Counted from the first letter of the stretch, positions 22,786 through 33,925 are shown. The stretch is 64,000 bases of DNA from Candidatus Bathyarchaeota archaeon (GCA_963714275.1 CAVQNT010000002.1:768001-832000); one strand, 5' to 3'. The notes: generated from the sequence alone by a model not told the origin. Made by a program: numbers and translations.

Positions 22786-23919
22786 ATAATTAGAAAAATT
22801 ATTGTATCCGCTCCAGGAAGAATATGCCTTTTTGGTGAACACATGGATTGGTGCAGGCATAAAGTACTTGCTTCCGCCGTAGATATGAGGTCTTTCGTTG
22901 AAGCTGAGGTCACCAGCAGCAAGATTGCTGAAGTGTTCTCCTACAGCCCATTCACAGTATATGACAAGTTCGAGGTGAACAATGCAATTCTGAACTGGAA
23001 TTCAGATCTTAAATATGTTGGAGGGGTGCTAAGAGCCTTCCAGAAAAAAAAGGATCTGCCATATATCTTGGGAGGGATGAAGATGCGTTTCCTAAGAGCT
23101 GAGGAAGTTCAGGAACGGTTAAGACAAGAAGGCAAGAAAGAGGCTTTAAAGGATCTGCCAGTAAGTAAGGGCTTGTCATCATCAGCTGCGATTTGTGTAG
23201 TCATCTCAGCCGCGGTTGACTTGACCCACCGCTTTCCAGAAATCGAGCAACAGGACTCCACTACCATTCTAAAGTATACATTAAAACCAGAAACGTTAAC
23301 CCTCTATGCAGACATGGCTTATACAGGTGAAAGGAAGGAACTAGGCATTAATTGTGGCCAGATGGACCAGTATGCTTCAGCTTTTGGAGGAATCTTGCAT
23401 ATCGACTGCACCGAAGAACCTGCGAAAATTCACCGGTTAAAACCCAAAACAGATCTTCCGTTAGTGATAGGAGACACAATGCAACCAAAGGATACGCCGA
23501 AAGTACTAGGTTGGCTCGGTGAACGATTCAAAGCTAGAGAACCAAAATTCGTTGAAGGTATGGAAAACATAAACATAATTGTTGGAAAAGCCAAAGAAGA
23601 ATTTGAGAAACCATCACTGAACTGTAGTAGAATAGGTGAGTTGATGAACGAAAACCAGCATTACTTAAAAAATTTTCTCCAAGTTTCAGGAGACTGCCCA
23701 GTGTCACCGTCAAGACTCGACGAACTAATAGAAGCAGCTCTTAAGGCTGGTGCATTAGGAGCGAAGCTTTCAGGATCAGGAGGCGGCGGATGCATGATAG
23801 CCCTATGTGAACCCGGAGACGAAGTAAAGGTTGCACAAGCCATAAACAAAGAAGGCGGAGAAGCTTACATCACGAAAGTTGCCGACAAAGGAGTGAGAAT
23901 CGAGTCTATCGAAAATTAA
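22786..23919 (+). CDS. GHMP kinase (galactokinase-like sugar kinase)
   Basis: SAPGRICLFGEH lies in frame upstream of the first ATG; PVSKGLSSSAA, CGQMDQ, GAKLSGSGGGG. Confidence 0.87.
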   Translation: MIRKIIVSAPGRICLFGEHMDWCRHKVLASAVDMRSFVEAEVTSSKIAEVFSYSPFTVYDKFEVNNAILNWNSDLKYVGGVLRAFQKKKDLPYILGGMKMRFLRAEEVQERLRQEGKKEALKDLPVSKGLSSSAAICVVISAAVDLTHRFPEIEQQDSTTILKYTLKPETLTLYADMAYTGERKELGINCGQMDQYASAFGGILHIDCTEEPAKIHRLKPKTDLPLVIGDTMQPKDTPKVLGWLGERFKAREPKFVEGMENINIIVGKAKEEFEKPSLNCSRIGELMNENQHYLKNFLQVSGDCPVSPSRLDELIEAALKAGALGAKLSGSGGGGCMIALCEPGDEVKVAQAINKEGGEAYITKVADKGVRIESIEN

Positions 23920-24010
23920 CAATAGAAAAGACGCCGTTTTTACCTTTCTGGACAATCTCTTTTTCAAGAAAATAAACGTTTTCCTGTCCTTTCATCTAGA
24001 GGCTTAAACC

Positions 24011-24655
24011 ATGAATGCGAATGGAGTATCCGTCGTAACAACAACCTGGAATGAACGAGAAAACATTAAACTTCTAATCCAGACCATACAGAACACACTC
24101 AAGAACATGCCACACGAGATCATAGTCGTCGACGACAGCTCAACAGACGGGACTGCGGAGATCGCCGAGAAACTTGCAGATAAAACAATCAGAAAGGCCA
24201 GAGAAGGACAAACGAAAAGCCTACTCCACGGGATGAAGCTAGCAAAATACCCAGTCATAGTTACGATCGACGCTGACTTCGAGAACCCTCCAGAACTCAT
24301 ACCCGAGCTTGTCGAAAAAGCTGAAAAATGCGATATTCTCGTTGCTTCCCGCACAAAGCTGCCCAGAATATCCGAGAAACTAGCGTCCGGAACCTTGGGC
24401 AAACTACTCGGTGTGAAGGATGTTTTCTCAAACTTCCGAGTATACAAGAGGGAAACAATCTCAAGCTTTAATTTAAAAGGCGGAGAAACCTTCGGCGGAG
24501 AACTCATAACAATCGCCAAAAAGAAAGGATTCAAGATAGGCGAAACACTCTATGAATCAATCAGAAGGAAGAATCCCAGAATCGGAGGCACCCTCAAAGC
24601 CAACCTTAGAATTTTCTGGGCACTGGTCGAGTGCCTGGAAATCTACCTCATTTAA
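24011..24655 (+). CDS. GT2, dolichol/polyprenol-phosphate glycosyltransferase-like
   Basis: TWNERENI, IIVVDDSSTDGT, TIDAD..NPPE.IP. Confidence 0.85.
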   Translation: MNANGVSVVTTTWNERENIKLLIQTIQNTLKNMPHEIIVVDDSSTDGTAEIAEKLADKTIRKAREGQTKSLLHGMKLAKYPVIVTIDADFENPPELIPELVEKAEKCDILVASRTKLPRISEKLASGTLGKLLGVKDVFSNFRVYKRETISSFNLKGGETFGGELITIAKKKGFKIGETLYESIRRKNPRIGGTLKANLRIFWALVECLEIYLI

Positions 24656-24820
24656 AAAAAGACATTGGTACAGGAATAACGTGCCCCTCTACTTTTTTTA
24701 AATCATTGCCCCGTTGAGATTCAAAAATTAGCTAAGCTGACTATCATTTTTATTCAGCTATGAAACTGCTTGGAAGACCATTATATAATAGAGCAGTTAG
24801 TAATTAAAGGAGATCTATCA

Positions 24821-26134
24821 TTGAACACAACCAGGATTCTTAGACTAATTCAATTTGCCCTCTTTCTGGCAGCTTTATGGTTCATCTATTGGGCGCACAT
24901 TTATGAAATGACTGTTTGGAACAGATCATTTCTAGAGTCTGTGCAAACTTCTATTTTTAATGTTTTGTTATACTTGGTTTCAATACTTGCCATAATATAT
25001 CTTGAAACACGTATGAGGCACATCAGCAAAATCAAGACACTTCATGAACCTATAGCAAAGACTTTGGGAGATCTACAGAGAGAGAATGAACTGATGAAAC
25101 GCGAACTACAAAAATCAAAACAGACAGCCCCTAGAAGGGTCGCAATCGGTTTTCTTGTAAGTGGAGTAATCACGCTTTCAGCCTCTATTGTGACTTCCTC
25201 AACTGTCTTGGCTTTCATAGGATTAGGGTTGACATTATGGGGCGCTTTATTCCTTTATACCAGAACCTCAAGTTCCGTGAAACCCATCTTACTCGATTCC
25301 TCAGTTATCTCCCCTCTTTTAACACTAAATAAGATAATAGCCGACCTAGGGTATGGAGGAAATAGCGTGTACCTCCCTTCAATGTACTTAAAGGAAGTTA
25401 AAGAAGAAACAGTCTTCATCCCATCAAAAAGAGAAAACCTCAGCGGAATATACCTAACCCCGCCTGGTCTAGGCTTAACAAACCTCTTCGAAGAAAAACT
25501 GGGAACAAAATTCGCAAAAGTCGACCTAAACTATCTACAGAGCAACCTGCCAAAACTATTAACTGAAGACCTTGAAATCGCAGACAACCTAGAGTTGAAT
25601 GTGGAAAATGACGTGGTCCACATCAAAATTGAGGGCTCTATTTATGCAGGCATCTGCAGCGGACTTAGAAATTCCACTACCAGCGCATGCCGCTTATTCG
25701 GCTGCCCCTTATGCAGCTCGATAACCTTAGCAATTACGAGATCCATTGGAAAACCTGTCATAATCGAAAACATTGAAACATCAGAAGATGGCAAAACAGT
25801 CAAAACCAACCTCAGACTTCTCGAAACAACTGTAACTAAGGAAGAAACCAAAACCGTAGAAGCTGTTGAGACACGTCCAAGAAATAATCTCCCATATATT
25901 GTGGGAATAATACTCTCAGTTTTTGGGTCAGCCATCCTGGCTTGGGTTGGTTGGCTAACCTGGCAGGACATGACAGTCTGGGGTAAGGACATCAACCTTA
26001 TACTCTTTGGCTCTAGAATAGGAGAAATCATAGATTTAGGAATAGGAATGAAACTAATTTACTACCTTCTAATAGGATTATTATTATTTATACTAGGATT
26101 AATCCTATTTTTCCAGAAGCGAAGAAAGACCTAA
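24821..26134 (+). CDS. Membrane protein with central V4R-like Cys-containing domain
   Basis: TM pairs at the N-terminus, middle and C-terminus; short coiled coil; TPPGLGL and GIC...CRLFGCPLCSSI. Confidence 0.65.
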   Translation: MNTTRILRLIQFALFLAALWFIYWAHIYEMTVWNRSFLESVQTSIFNVLLYLVSILAIIYLETRMRHISKIKTLHEPIAKTLGDLQRENELMKRELQKSKQTAPRRVAIGFLVSGVITLSASIVTSSTVLAFIGLGLTLWGALFLYTRTSSSVKPILLDSSVISPLLTLNKIIADLGYGGNSVYLPSMYLKEVKEETVFIPSKRENLSGIYLTPPGLGLTNLFEEKLGTKFAKVDLNYLQSNLPKLLTEDLEIADNLELNVENDVVHIKIEGSIYAGICSGLRNSTTSACRLFGCPLCSSITLAITRSIGKPVIIENIETSEDGKTVKTNLRLLETTVTKEETKTVEAVETRPRNNLPYIVGIILSVFGSAILAWVGWLTWQDMTVWGKDINLILFGSRIGEIIDLGIGMKLIYYLLIGLLLFILGLILFFQKRRKT

Positions 26135-26437
26135 GTATTATCATATAACCTTTTAGGATAAAATATTGATTGATAAATAAACTGACAAATTGTAGAGAAC
26201 AACATCAACTACTCAATATCATATATATTATATTTTTTAGGTACATCCACTTTTTGAGAAGTTTAAATAGGCTAGAGCTAATTAAACCTTATAGCAAATA
26301 AGCAGAATTTGAGAAATTGAATCCATGATACTTGTCACCTTCATCTGTTATACATCCAATTCAAGTATTCACTTGTTGAAAGGAAGTTTTTTACTGTCAT
26401 CTGATTCGCTAGTAGCTAAACTACTGATACATAAGGC

Positions 26438-26445
26438 TTATATAA
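26438..26445 (+). promoter_or_regulatory. Putative TATA box for the surface-protein gene
   Basis: TTATATAA about 45 bp before the ATG; GGGAG SD-like element. Confidence 0.4.
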
Positions 26446-26490
26446 AAAAATAATAGCTCAGCTTGCGCACGCTAAATAGGGAGTCTCCGC

Positions 26491-28488
26491 ATGCATGTTT
26501 GGAAGTATTTTCTCTTTTTAGTTGCCTTCATTGTAGTATTATCTCATCAAGTGTTCGTGAATGCAGAAACAGATACTACGCCACCACAGTTAGAAATTGA
26601 CTGGCCTAGAAATTATTACAACGTACCAAGTTCAACAATAGTTATCAATGGAAGGGTGTATGATGAAAGTGGAATTCAGAAAGTAACTGTAAATGGTTCA
26701 GTTGTTGAAAAATACTGGAAAGAAGGGGTGCATTGCTTCTGGCAGAAGACTGTCAGCCTTGTTGAAGGATCAAACACGATAATTGTTATTGCATACGACA
26801 ATAGCCTAAATAATAATTCAATGGCAGAAGCCATTACTGTAGTTTACAAAGCAACGGATTATGAAGGGCCAACAGTTAGTATAGTTCCTACTACAAGTCA
26901 ACCAGCAAACAATGCCACCATTAAGTGTTTAGTGAATCCCAACGGATTATCCACTGAAGTTTACCTTACTGCAAGTTATTCCTCATGGGAGGATGCTCCC
27001 TTTAATTGGGGATATTTAGTTGGGTATTATTCTGGAACTGGGAACATCACTGTGAGTTTCACTTTCCCAGAAGAGGACCAACTAAGTGTAGGGGAGACAG
27101 TCTCGTATTTGTTTACTGTTCAAAATAACAAGGGTTCAACTCGATCTGAAATAGGTACATTTACAGTCTCTCAATCAATTTTTATACCTGACACAGAACC
27201 TCCATGGCTGATATTTTGGCCATGGAATTCTTGTAATGTGCCAAATTCGACTATCATAATTTGGGGGGAAGCTTATGATGCAAGCGGAATTCTCAATGTA
27301 ACCGTGAATGGAGAACTTGCCACTGGTTTGTTCTATGAAAACTGGTTCTATTGGCAAAAGGCCATCAATCTAACTGAAGGACCAAATACAATAACTGCAA
27401 AGGCGTATGATAATAGTTCTAATCGATTTGATGCTGAGAATACTATTACAATAAACTATCAGCCGTCTGGGTATCAAGGTCCTACAATCAGATTGCTACC
27501 TCCTGTGAATGTTACATCAACCTCAGGTACTATCTGCTGTGTTATTAATCCAAAGGGACTTCAAAGCGAGGTTTACTTATGTTACAGTGACTCTTCTTTT
27601 GAGAATGCGCCTTTTCTATATGGAATATCGCTTGGGCATCAATACTCAGGAGAAGATGATATCATAATTAACTATCATTTTGATAGTTTACCTTCGAGTG
27701 GGTCAATTTCTTACTGGTTTCAAACGTTCAATGATAAAGGTTATGCTTCTACAGAAGTTGCATTACTAAACCTAAAAGGTGTTGTACTCATTGATCCAAC
27801 AGACATAACTGCTGATTCTATGAAGCTGGTCTGGACAAAGAACAATGATGATGATTTTTATTCTTATGAAGTTTATCAATCAAATTCACCCGAAATACTT
27901 GGAACAAAAATATTCGACACAAACGATAGATTGGTAACATCCAAGAGCATTACAGGTTTGTCAGCTAACACTACATACTATTTCATTGTAAGAGTTGTGG
28001 ATGTAGGTGGGGCAGCAAGTGATTCTAACCAAATTAATGCTAGAACGAAAATTCCAATAACAATCTCGTGTTCTGTGTCATCTCATGATATTGACGATGG
28101 CCTTTCTATCTCTGTTTCAGGAGCCATTAACCCAGCTATTCCAGAAAAGAGTATCACATTAACCTACAGAAAACCTGACGGTTCAATATTGAATAGAACT
28201 GTTACTACAGGTTCAGATGGTAGCTACAGTGACTCCTATCAACCGAATGTAGTTGGCTCTTGGAGCGTAGAAGCTTCTTGGAAAGGTGATGATAGACGCG
28301 AAGGTGCATCCAGCTTGTCTCAATCATTTATTATTAAACCTGTCATAAAAAGCTTCATAGAGACTCCAATAGGAATAGCAACAATAATTGGCATAGTTGC
28401 TTTAATAATTATAACCCTGATTATTATTAAAAAGAACACCATTCAAATTCCAGCTAGCTTAGAACTAATCACACAAAAGTCTCTGTAG
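26491..28488 (+). CDS. Cell-surface protein with tandem Ig-like modules, an FN3 domain and a C-terminal TM anchor
   Basis: Signal peptide; duplicated DT.PP...SGI..VTVNG...NP.GL..EVYL module; GLSANTTYYFIVRV (FN3); C-terminal hydrophobic helix followed by KK. Confidence 0.85.
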   Translation: MHVWKYFLFLVAFIVVLSHQVFVNAETDTTPPQLEIDWPRNYYNVPSSTIVINGRVYDESGIQKVTVNGSVVEKYWKEGVHCFWQKTVSLVEGSNTIIVIAYDNSLNNNSMAEAITVVYKATDYEGPTVSIVPTTSQPANNATIKCLVNPNGLSTEVYLTASYSSWEDAPFNWGYLVGYYSGTGNITVSFTFPEEDQLSVGETVSYLFTVQNNKGSTRSEIGTFTVSQSIFIPDTEPPWLIFWPWNSCNVPNSTIIIWGEAYDASGILNVTVNGELATGLFYENWFYWQKAINLTEGPNTITAKAYDNSSNRFDAENTITINYQPSGYQGPTIRLLPPVNVTSTSGTICCVINPKGLQSEVYLCYSDSSFENAPFLYGISLGHQYSGEDDIIINYHFDSLPSSGSISYWFQTFNDKGYASTEVALLNLKGVVLIDPTDITADSMKLVWTKNNDDDFYSYEVYQSNSPEILGTKIFDTNDRLVTSKSITGLSANTTYYFIVRVVDVGGAASDSNQINARTKIPITISCSVSSHDIDDGLSISVSGAINPAIPEKSITLTYRKPDGSILNRTVTTGSDGSYSDSYQPNVVGSWSVEASWKGDDRREGASSLSQSFIIKPVIKSFIETPIGIATIIGIVALIIITLIIIKKNTIQIPASLELITQKSL

Positions 28489-28775
28489 AATTGCATTCAA
28501 TTATCTCAGAATTCTTTGTCAGGTTGTATAACATTCAGCTTTGAATTTTTCAAAATTCCTTATTATTTCAAGATCTTTTCCTGTACAATGAGGCCAGCAT
28601 ATTTTGGGGTGTTCTTCCTTGAAATATGTCTACATAGCGGTCTGGTACTCCTTCAGTGCCATTTGCGTAGTATTTGTAATCTTTAACCATTTATGTAAAA
28701 AACAGTTTCTACGTCCGAACCACACTTTCATGATTCGTAAATACTTGTATCTCAACATTATGATTTGGAACCACA

Positions 28776-29204
28776 ATGAGTCCTCAATCAGAATTATTGA
28801 TGTTAGTCGGCATGAACGCCTTCATAGGACTCTTTCTTATATCTATATACAAGAAAACAAGCCTCAAAATCCAATTAACATATTTAATAGCTGAGGTTTT
28901 AGGATACCTTCTAGCCAAAGACGTAATATTCATTTATTTATCTCAAGATATTCAAATTTGGCTCTCGACAATTTATCTATCCCTTGCTTTTGTTAGCGTT
29001 CTGCATTTTTTCATGCCTAGCAAGGTTAATATCATGTTTAATAAGGTCAATTTTAAACAGCACATTAACCTCCCCACTCAAATGGAAACTAAACAAAAAA
29101 AAGTTAATCTTGACACACAATTGAATAAAAAACAAAACATACAGGACATAACTTTGGACTCCCTATTTGAAGACGCTCAAAGATTACTAGTAGAAGCCCA
29201 ATAA
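28776..29204 (+). CDS. Hypothetical membrane protein
   Basis: ATG ORF with three hydrophobic segments and a polar tail. Confidence 0.5.
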   Translation: MSPQSELLMLVGMNAFIGLFLISIYKKTSLKIQLTYLIAEVLGYLLAKDVIFIYLSQDIQIWLSTIYLSLAFVSVLHFFMPSKVNIMFNKVNFKQHINLPTQMETKQKKVNLDTQLNKKQNIQDITLDSLFEDAQRLLVEAQ

Positions 29205-29448
29205 CAACAAAAAAATCCATCTAAACAACATCTTCAATATTAAGTCTTTAGACCAAGTCCACCATTGAATGCAAAGTTTTACCAAAAAATTCAATGTTTA
29301 TTAACAAAGCTCAGCTAGCTCTTAATAAAAAAGCAAAAAATTGGGTAACATTTTTAGGCATATGAATCCTGCCCCAAAACCGCAATAGAACTTCTTGACT
29401 CAAACAAGCTTTGTTAGAAATCGCCTTAAAGGAAAGGTGCGATTCAAA

Positions 29449-29781
29449 ATGGAAATAGAGAACAACAAGGGATACCGCAGCAGACTGGATATCATTAAAG
29501 ACATCCTAAAGGTCACGGAGAACGCTGGAGCGTACGGAGCTAAAAAAACTCACATAATGTACGGAGCTAACCTGAGCTACAGACTCCTTACGAAGTACTT
29601 GCAAGAAATCCTGACCGCAGAGCTCATATACCAAGGCGAATCCTGCTACATCATCACACAGAAAGGAAAGGAATATCTAGGAAACTACGAAAAATACGAA
29701 GAAAACCGCACACAAACCGAAGACCGCATAAACAACCTAAATTATAACAGGAAAACACTTGAAAAAATGTTAACTCAGTAA
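29449..29781 (+). CDS. Winged-helix transcriptional regulator (HTH_45 type)
   Basis: YRSRLDIIKDIL, KTHIMYGANLSY, YIITQKGKEYL. Confidence 0.88.
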   Translation: MEIENNKGYRSRLDIIKDILKVTENAGAYGAKKTHIMYGANLSYRLLTKYLQEILTAELIYQGESCYIITQKGKEYLGNYEKYEENRTQTEDRINNLNYNRKTLEKMLTQ

Positions 29782-30366
29782 TTAACTTCAAGTTGAGGAC
29801 AAAGATGAATCTTTCGATACCAAAAAACCAACGTTAAAATGTACTGTACTACACAAAAACTGGTCCAAGTACACACACTGCAAAACCTAGTAGTTAGCGT
29901 CGACTCATGTAATTTCTGAATAATCTTTTTGAATAATAACGGCTATGGCAGCAATCTTCGGAACCCTCGCATTAAACACTGCAAGAAGACGCCACAATTT
30001 TGTCAAACATGCCCGTTAAGATCACTGCTCAACTAATACTTTCTGGAAAGAATACAACAAAAAGTGATAAAAAGTGACAAAAAACAACCAATTTAAACCA
30101 CCAAACTTAAGAAATAATCCCGTAAAAGTTTATTAAAAATACCAAATTATACAACCCAAATAATAACAATTACTAATAACATCACAGTTAAATTCTTCTT
30201 CTGTATCAGCTGACTGTTCTGTTAGTTCAAGAATACTGGCGGCAGCCTGATACCTAATGGAAAAAATGAACCGAACAAAACATAATCAATGTAAACATCT
30301 TATGCAGCTAAAATTAACCAAAAAAATCGCCTATTCTAAAATAATAACTCTTCTGGTGCATTCCTA

Positions 30367-31395
30367 ATGAGAGTAGATAGCAAGGTTTTAGGAGGTTTCC
30401 TGATAGCATCCATTTCAGTTTCGAGTCTAGCCACGATTTTTCCTCCATATAATCACACAGTTAACCGTTCAGAGGGTTACCTCTTTACCTTTGCCCAAAT
30501 CACAGATACTCATGTCTCAGGGTCAAGCCTGATTTTTGATAATACTACTTTGTGGTTAGCTCAAAAAGGGAACGTCTCATTCGTCGTTCATACGGGAGAC
30601 ATAGTGAACAGTCCGAATGATGAGGAGTCATGGAAAAACTCCTACAATTACATGCATCAATTGGACGGAAAATGTGCTTGGGGTATCCTAGCAGGAGACA
30701 ACGACGTTTCACGTTGGAACCAAGTTGACTTAAGAAACTTCGGAAAATATTTTGGATCAACTTCGTCAGACCAATATTTTATCGTCAAAGATAAGTTGCT
30801 ATTCATACTTTTCAGCTGGATTAACGTGGACGGAAGCATCTCAAAAGAACGGCTCGAATGGATGGACAATATCCTCCAGCTGCACAGTAACCTATCCGCT
30901 GTAATATGTTTGCATCCAACCCTTTTTGGGCTACCAATATTAACAAATATCGTGGGAACCCCTAACGAAGCTGAAATCTGGACTCACATAGACAAACATG
31001 AAAACGTAATCATGATTCTAAGCGGACATGCACATTATAACTGGATACGAGTTCGAGACAACAGAAAAGAGGAAGTCTGGTGTATGAGCACCGAATGGCT
31101 TAATGCCGAAGGTTATGTCCGATTATTCGATGTCTACGAAGACCGAATAGAAGTTTACGCCTATTCTACTTGGAAAGGAAAGAGTTTTACTGGTCCTCTT
31201 GACTGCTTCACAGTTAGCCTGAACTCCAGCCAATATGATTCAGACGGAGATTTCTGGAGCAACGGAATTGATATTATGCCAACGCACCCGATGGTACCAA
31301 ATGTTCTGATTATTCAAGCAACTTTGATAACAGCTATTATAATTTATTGGGCAAAAAAACGAACCATACAGAGGAAAGAAACCGTATCGAACTAA
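30367..31395 (+). CDS. Secreted, membrane-anchored calcineurin-like metallophosphoesterase
   Basis: ITDTH, HTGDIV, GDND (variant of GNHD), LH, SGHAH; hydrophobic segments at both termini. Confidence 0.85.
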   Translation: MRVDSKVLGGFLIASISVSSLATIFPPYNHTVNRSEGYLFTFAQITDTHVSGSSLIFDNTTLWLAQKGNVSFVVHTGDIVNSPNDEESWKNSYNYMHQLDGKCAWGILAGDNDVSRWNQVDLRNFGKYFGSTSSDQYFIVKDKLLFILFSWINVDGSISKERLEWMDNILQLHSNLSAVICLHPTLFGLPILTNIVGTPNEAEIWTHIDKHENVIMILSGHAHYNWIRVRDNRKEEVWCMSTEWLNAEGYVRLFDVYEDRIEVYAYSTWKGKSFTGPLDCFTVSLNSSQYDSDGDFWSNGIDIMPTHPMVPNVLIIQATLITAIIIYWAKKRTIQRKETVSN

Positions 31396-31435
31396 AAGTA
31401 GCTCATTTTTAAGATTATAAAATCTACGAGATTTA

Positions 31436-31706
31436 TCAAGCTTCTTTCTTTTCTGGTTCGCTAGGTTCAGATACCTCGAGTTCTTTTTCGAGTTCCTCTA
31501 TCGGTTTAGGTGGTGGCGTTGTAGCCATTGTCCAGCCAATCCAGGCTCCTATTCCTAGTATGCCAAGTATGGCAATGAAGCCAGTTAGGCTTTAAAACAA
31601 GTAAGCTCCAGCCAGGCAAGATGTCAAAGACAAGACAACCGTATACCAATATTCCTGCTACGCAGAGAACAAGAACAACAGCGCCTAATGATTGATCTTT
31701 GCTCAT
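31436..31706 (-). CDS. Conserved archaeal small two-TM protein; frameshifted
   Basis: MSKDQ..G..LV...G...YG and WIGWTMATTPPPKPIEELEKEL across one shift. Confidence 0.75.
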
Positions 31707-32058
31707 ACATTTTTCTCCACGCCTTGATGTGTATTGTTGAATATTAAAGATTGTGAAGTTCTCCTCAAGTGGTTGGTTCTATCATTCCATTTCTAAATTA
31801 TATTACTAATAATAAACTCGCTTCTCTTAAGCTGTTAATAAAATCATAAAATAACTATGTAATTATTTATCAGAGCGCGCGCAATCAATCTGCCAGTAAT
31901 TTTTTCCCTGATTGATTATTCTGCTTTGCTCATGTTCAGAGCAACAATCAGTCTGTGGCTAGTATAGACTTTGATTAGAAAAAATGAAACCAATAAACAG
32001 GTAAGAAAACATAAATCTCTGTAAAAAGAAAATACTAAGATTATAGAAGGCGAAGGTT

Positions 32059-32891
32059 ATGGCGAAATTAAAAATTGGTTTAGCACTCTGGTCCATCGGG
32101 TCAACCGGAACCGAAGACCAGCTAAAGCAAAGGTTAAAGACCGCCGTTGAGATAGGCGTAAAATCAGTGCAGTGCATGGTGTGTTGATAATGGTCCCAAT
32201 AGTCCCTGCGTTTTAGACCCAGACCGCTGCGTAGGAGCCAAAAGGCCAGCGATGCGTGAACTCGTCCAATCATACGGCTTAGCGATCAGTGGCTTCTGTG
32301 CACAGCTTGAGGGACCAAGCACCCCTGGTCACGGGTGGCCTGGATCAGCTCTCAGCAACCCCCAAGACTTAAAGGAACGAGTAGAAAAGACGAAGAAAAG
32401 CCTTAAGCTCGCAGCAGATTTCGGTTCTCCTGTTGTAACCACGCATCCGGGAGAGATTCCAGCAGACAAATCATCCCCAGCTTATAAGACAATGAAAAAA
32501 TCCTGCACCGAAATCGCACGTTACGGCGAAGACGTAGGCGGAATCTTCTGCATCGAAACAGGTCAAGAGCCAGCTGAAAATGCTTCGCAGCTTCTTAGAA
32601 GATGTTGATTCAAAGGCTTTAATGGTGAACTACGACCCGGCTAACATGCTGAGACATGGTGTTGTCGAAGGAGTGAAGACCCTAGCACCATTGATTGTGC
32701 ACACTCACGCTAAGGACGATAATCCTGAGACCAAGCGAGCCACAGTCGGCGAAGGCTTAGTTCCATGGGATGAATACATTGCAACTTTAAGATCTATCGG
32801 CTACGATGGCTGGTACGCTCTCGAAGATGAATCGGGCAAAGATGTCATCAATTCTCTGAAACGAGGCAGAGCCTTTCTGGAACGATATTAG
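32059..32891 (+). CDS. Sugar phosphate isomerase/epimerase (xylose isomerase-like TIM barrel); frameshifted
   Basis: IETGQE, NYDPAN, HTHAKD, GYDGWYALE. Confidence 0.85.
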
Positions 32892-33133
32892 ACTGCTAAA
32901 ATGCGGAAATCGCAATAACTATCAATCATGTTCCGATGGGTATTCCGCGAAGTTTCAGAATAACACCAAACTAGAATCTCTAAATTATGTTACCTATTGT
33001 ACAGCATGAAACCTTTTTTGCCATTAATCTATTTCCAGAAAGTTTTTAAATCTCCCTTGTTTAGCATTAACGTCTAAATACACTAATTATAATATTTTCG
33101 TGTGTGTCTGTTTGTTGCGGAAGGTGGTAAGTA

Positions 33134-33725
33134 ACGTTTAACGTGGTTACATTAACGGATTCGGTTCGGATACCTCCAGACAAATTCGGTGGACCCTTAC
33201 AGGACGTGGCGAGGGAACAGCTGAAAATTAGGTACGAAGGCATCATCGACGAGGAGCTCGGCTACGTGATCGCTGTAACCGACATCAACATATCGCCAAT
33301 TGGAAAGATAATCCCCGGCGATGGGGCGACCCACCACAAAGTCACGTTTTCACTTTTAACTTTCTTTCCAAAAATTCAGGAAGTGGTTGAGGGCGAAGTA
33401 GTTGAGGTAGCGGATTTCGGCGCGTTCGTCAGAGTTGGACCCGTGGACGCGTTGATTCACGTTTCACAAATCATGGATGACTTCATATCGTACGACGACA
33501 GGCAAGGAGTCCTCATGGGCAAAGAGTCCAAACGCAAAATTTCCATGGGAGACCACATGCGCGTCCGCACGACCGCTGTCTCGTTGGGGCACGGAGGCAA
33601 GCTTCGGAAAAATAGGCGTGACCGCTCGGCAGCCTTTTTTGGGCAAGCTCGAATGGATCGAAGAGGACAATAAGGGAGCGCAGCCAGCGGTTGAACAAAA
33701 AACCGAAAAACCAACAGAAGCATAG
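33134..33725 (+). CDS. rpoE1: DNA-directed RNA polymerase subunit E' (Rpo7); frameshifted near 33600
   Basis: DSVRIPP.KFG, IIPGDGA, FGAFVRVGPVDALIHVSQI, KIGVTARQPFLGKLEWI. Confidence 0.95.
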
Positions 33726-33739
33726 GCGGTGTCTGACGT

Positions 33740-33925
33740 ATGGTTATTAAGGCTTGTAGGAACTGTCACTTGGTCACAGAAACAAACGCTTGTCCAGACT
33801 GCAAATCCACGGACCTGAGCGACGACTTCAGCGGCATCGTTGTGATTATTGACCCAGAACGCTCCTCAATCGCCAAAGTCATGGGCATCAAAAAAAGAGG
33901 TCGCTACGCCGTCCGCATAAGGTGA
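33740..33925 (+). CDS. spt4: Transcription elongation factor Spt4 (RpoE'')
   Basis: KACRNC..CPDC, S.DFSG.V.IIDP..S.IAK..G....G.YA. Confidence 0.95.
   Translation: MVIKACRNCHLVTETNACPDCKSTDLSDDFSGIVVIIDPERSSIAKVMGIKKRGRYAVRIR

Noticed and set aside
28500-28894. ORF 28604-28894 and a minus-strand Cys-containing fragment
   Set aside because: The ORF overlaps the better-supported 28776 ORF, and the fragment is too degenerate to call.
29782-30366. Long AT-rich spacer with AAAAAGTGA repeated twice as a possible origin or ncRNA
   Set aside because: There is no ORB-like G-string, no adjacent cdc6/orc1 and no convincing structure.
31959-32273. Minus-strand 104-aa ORF and similar antisense ORFs across the window
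   Set aside because: These are shadows of recognisable genes on the opposite strand.
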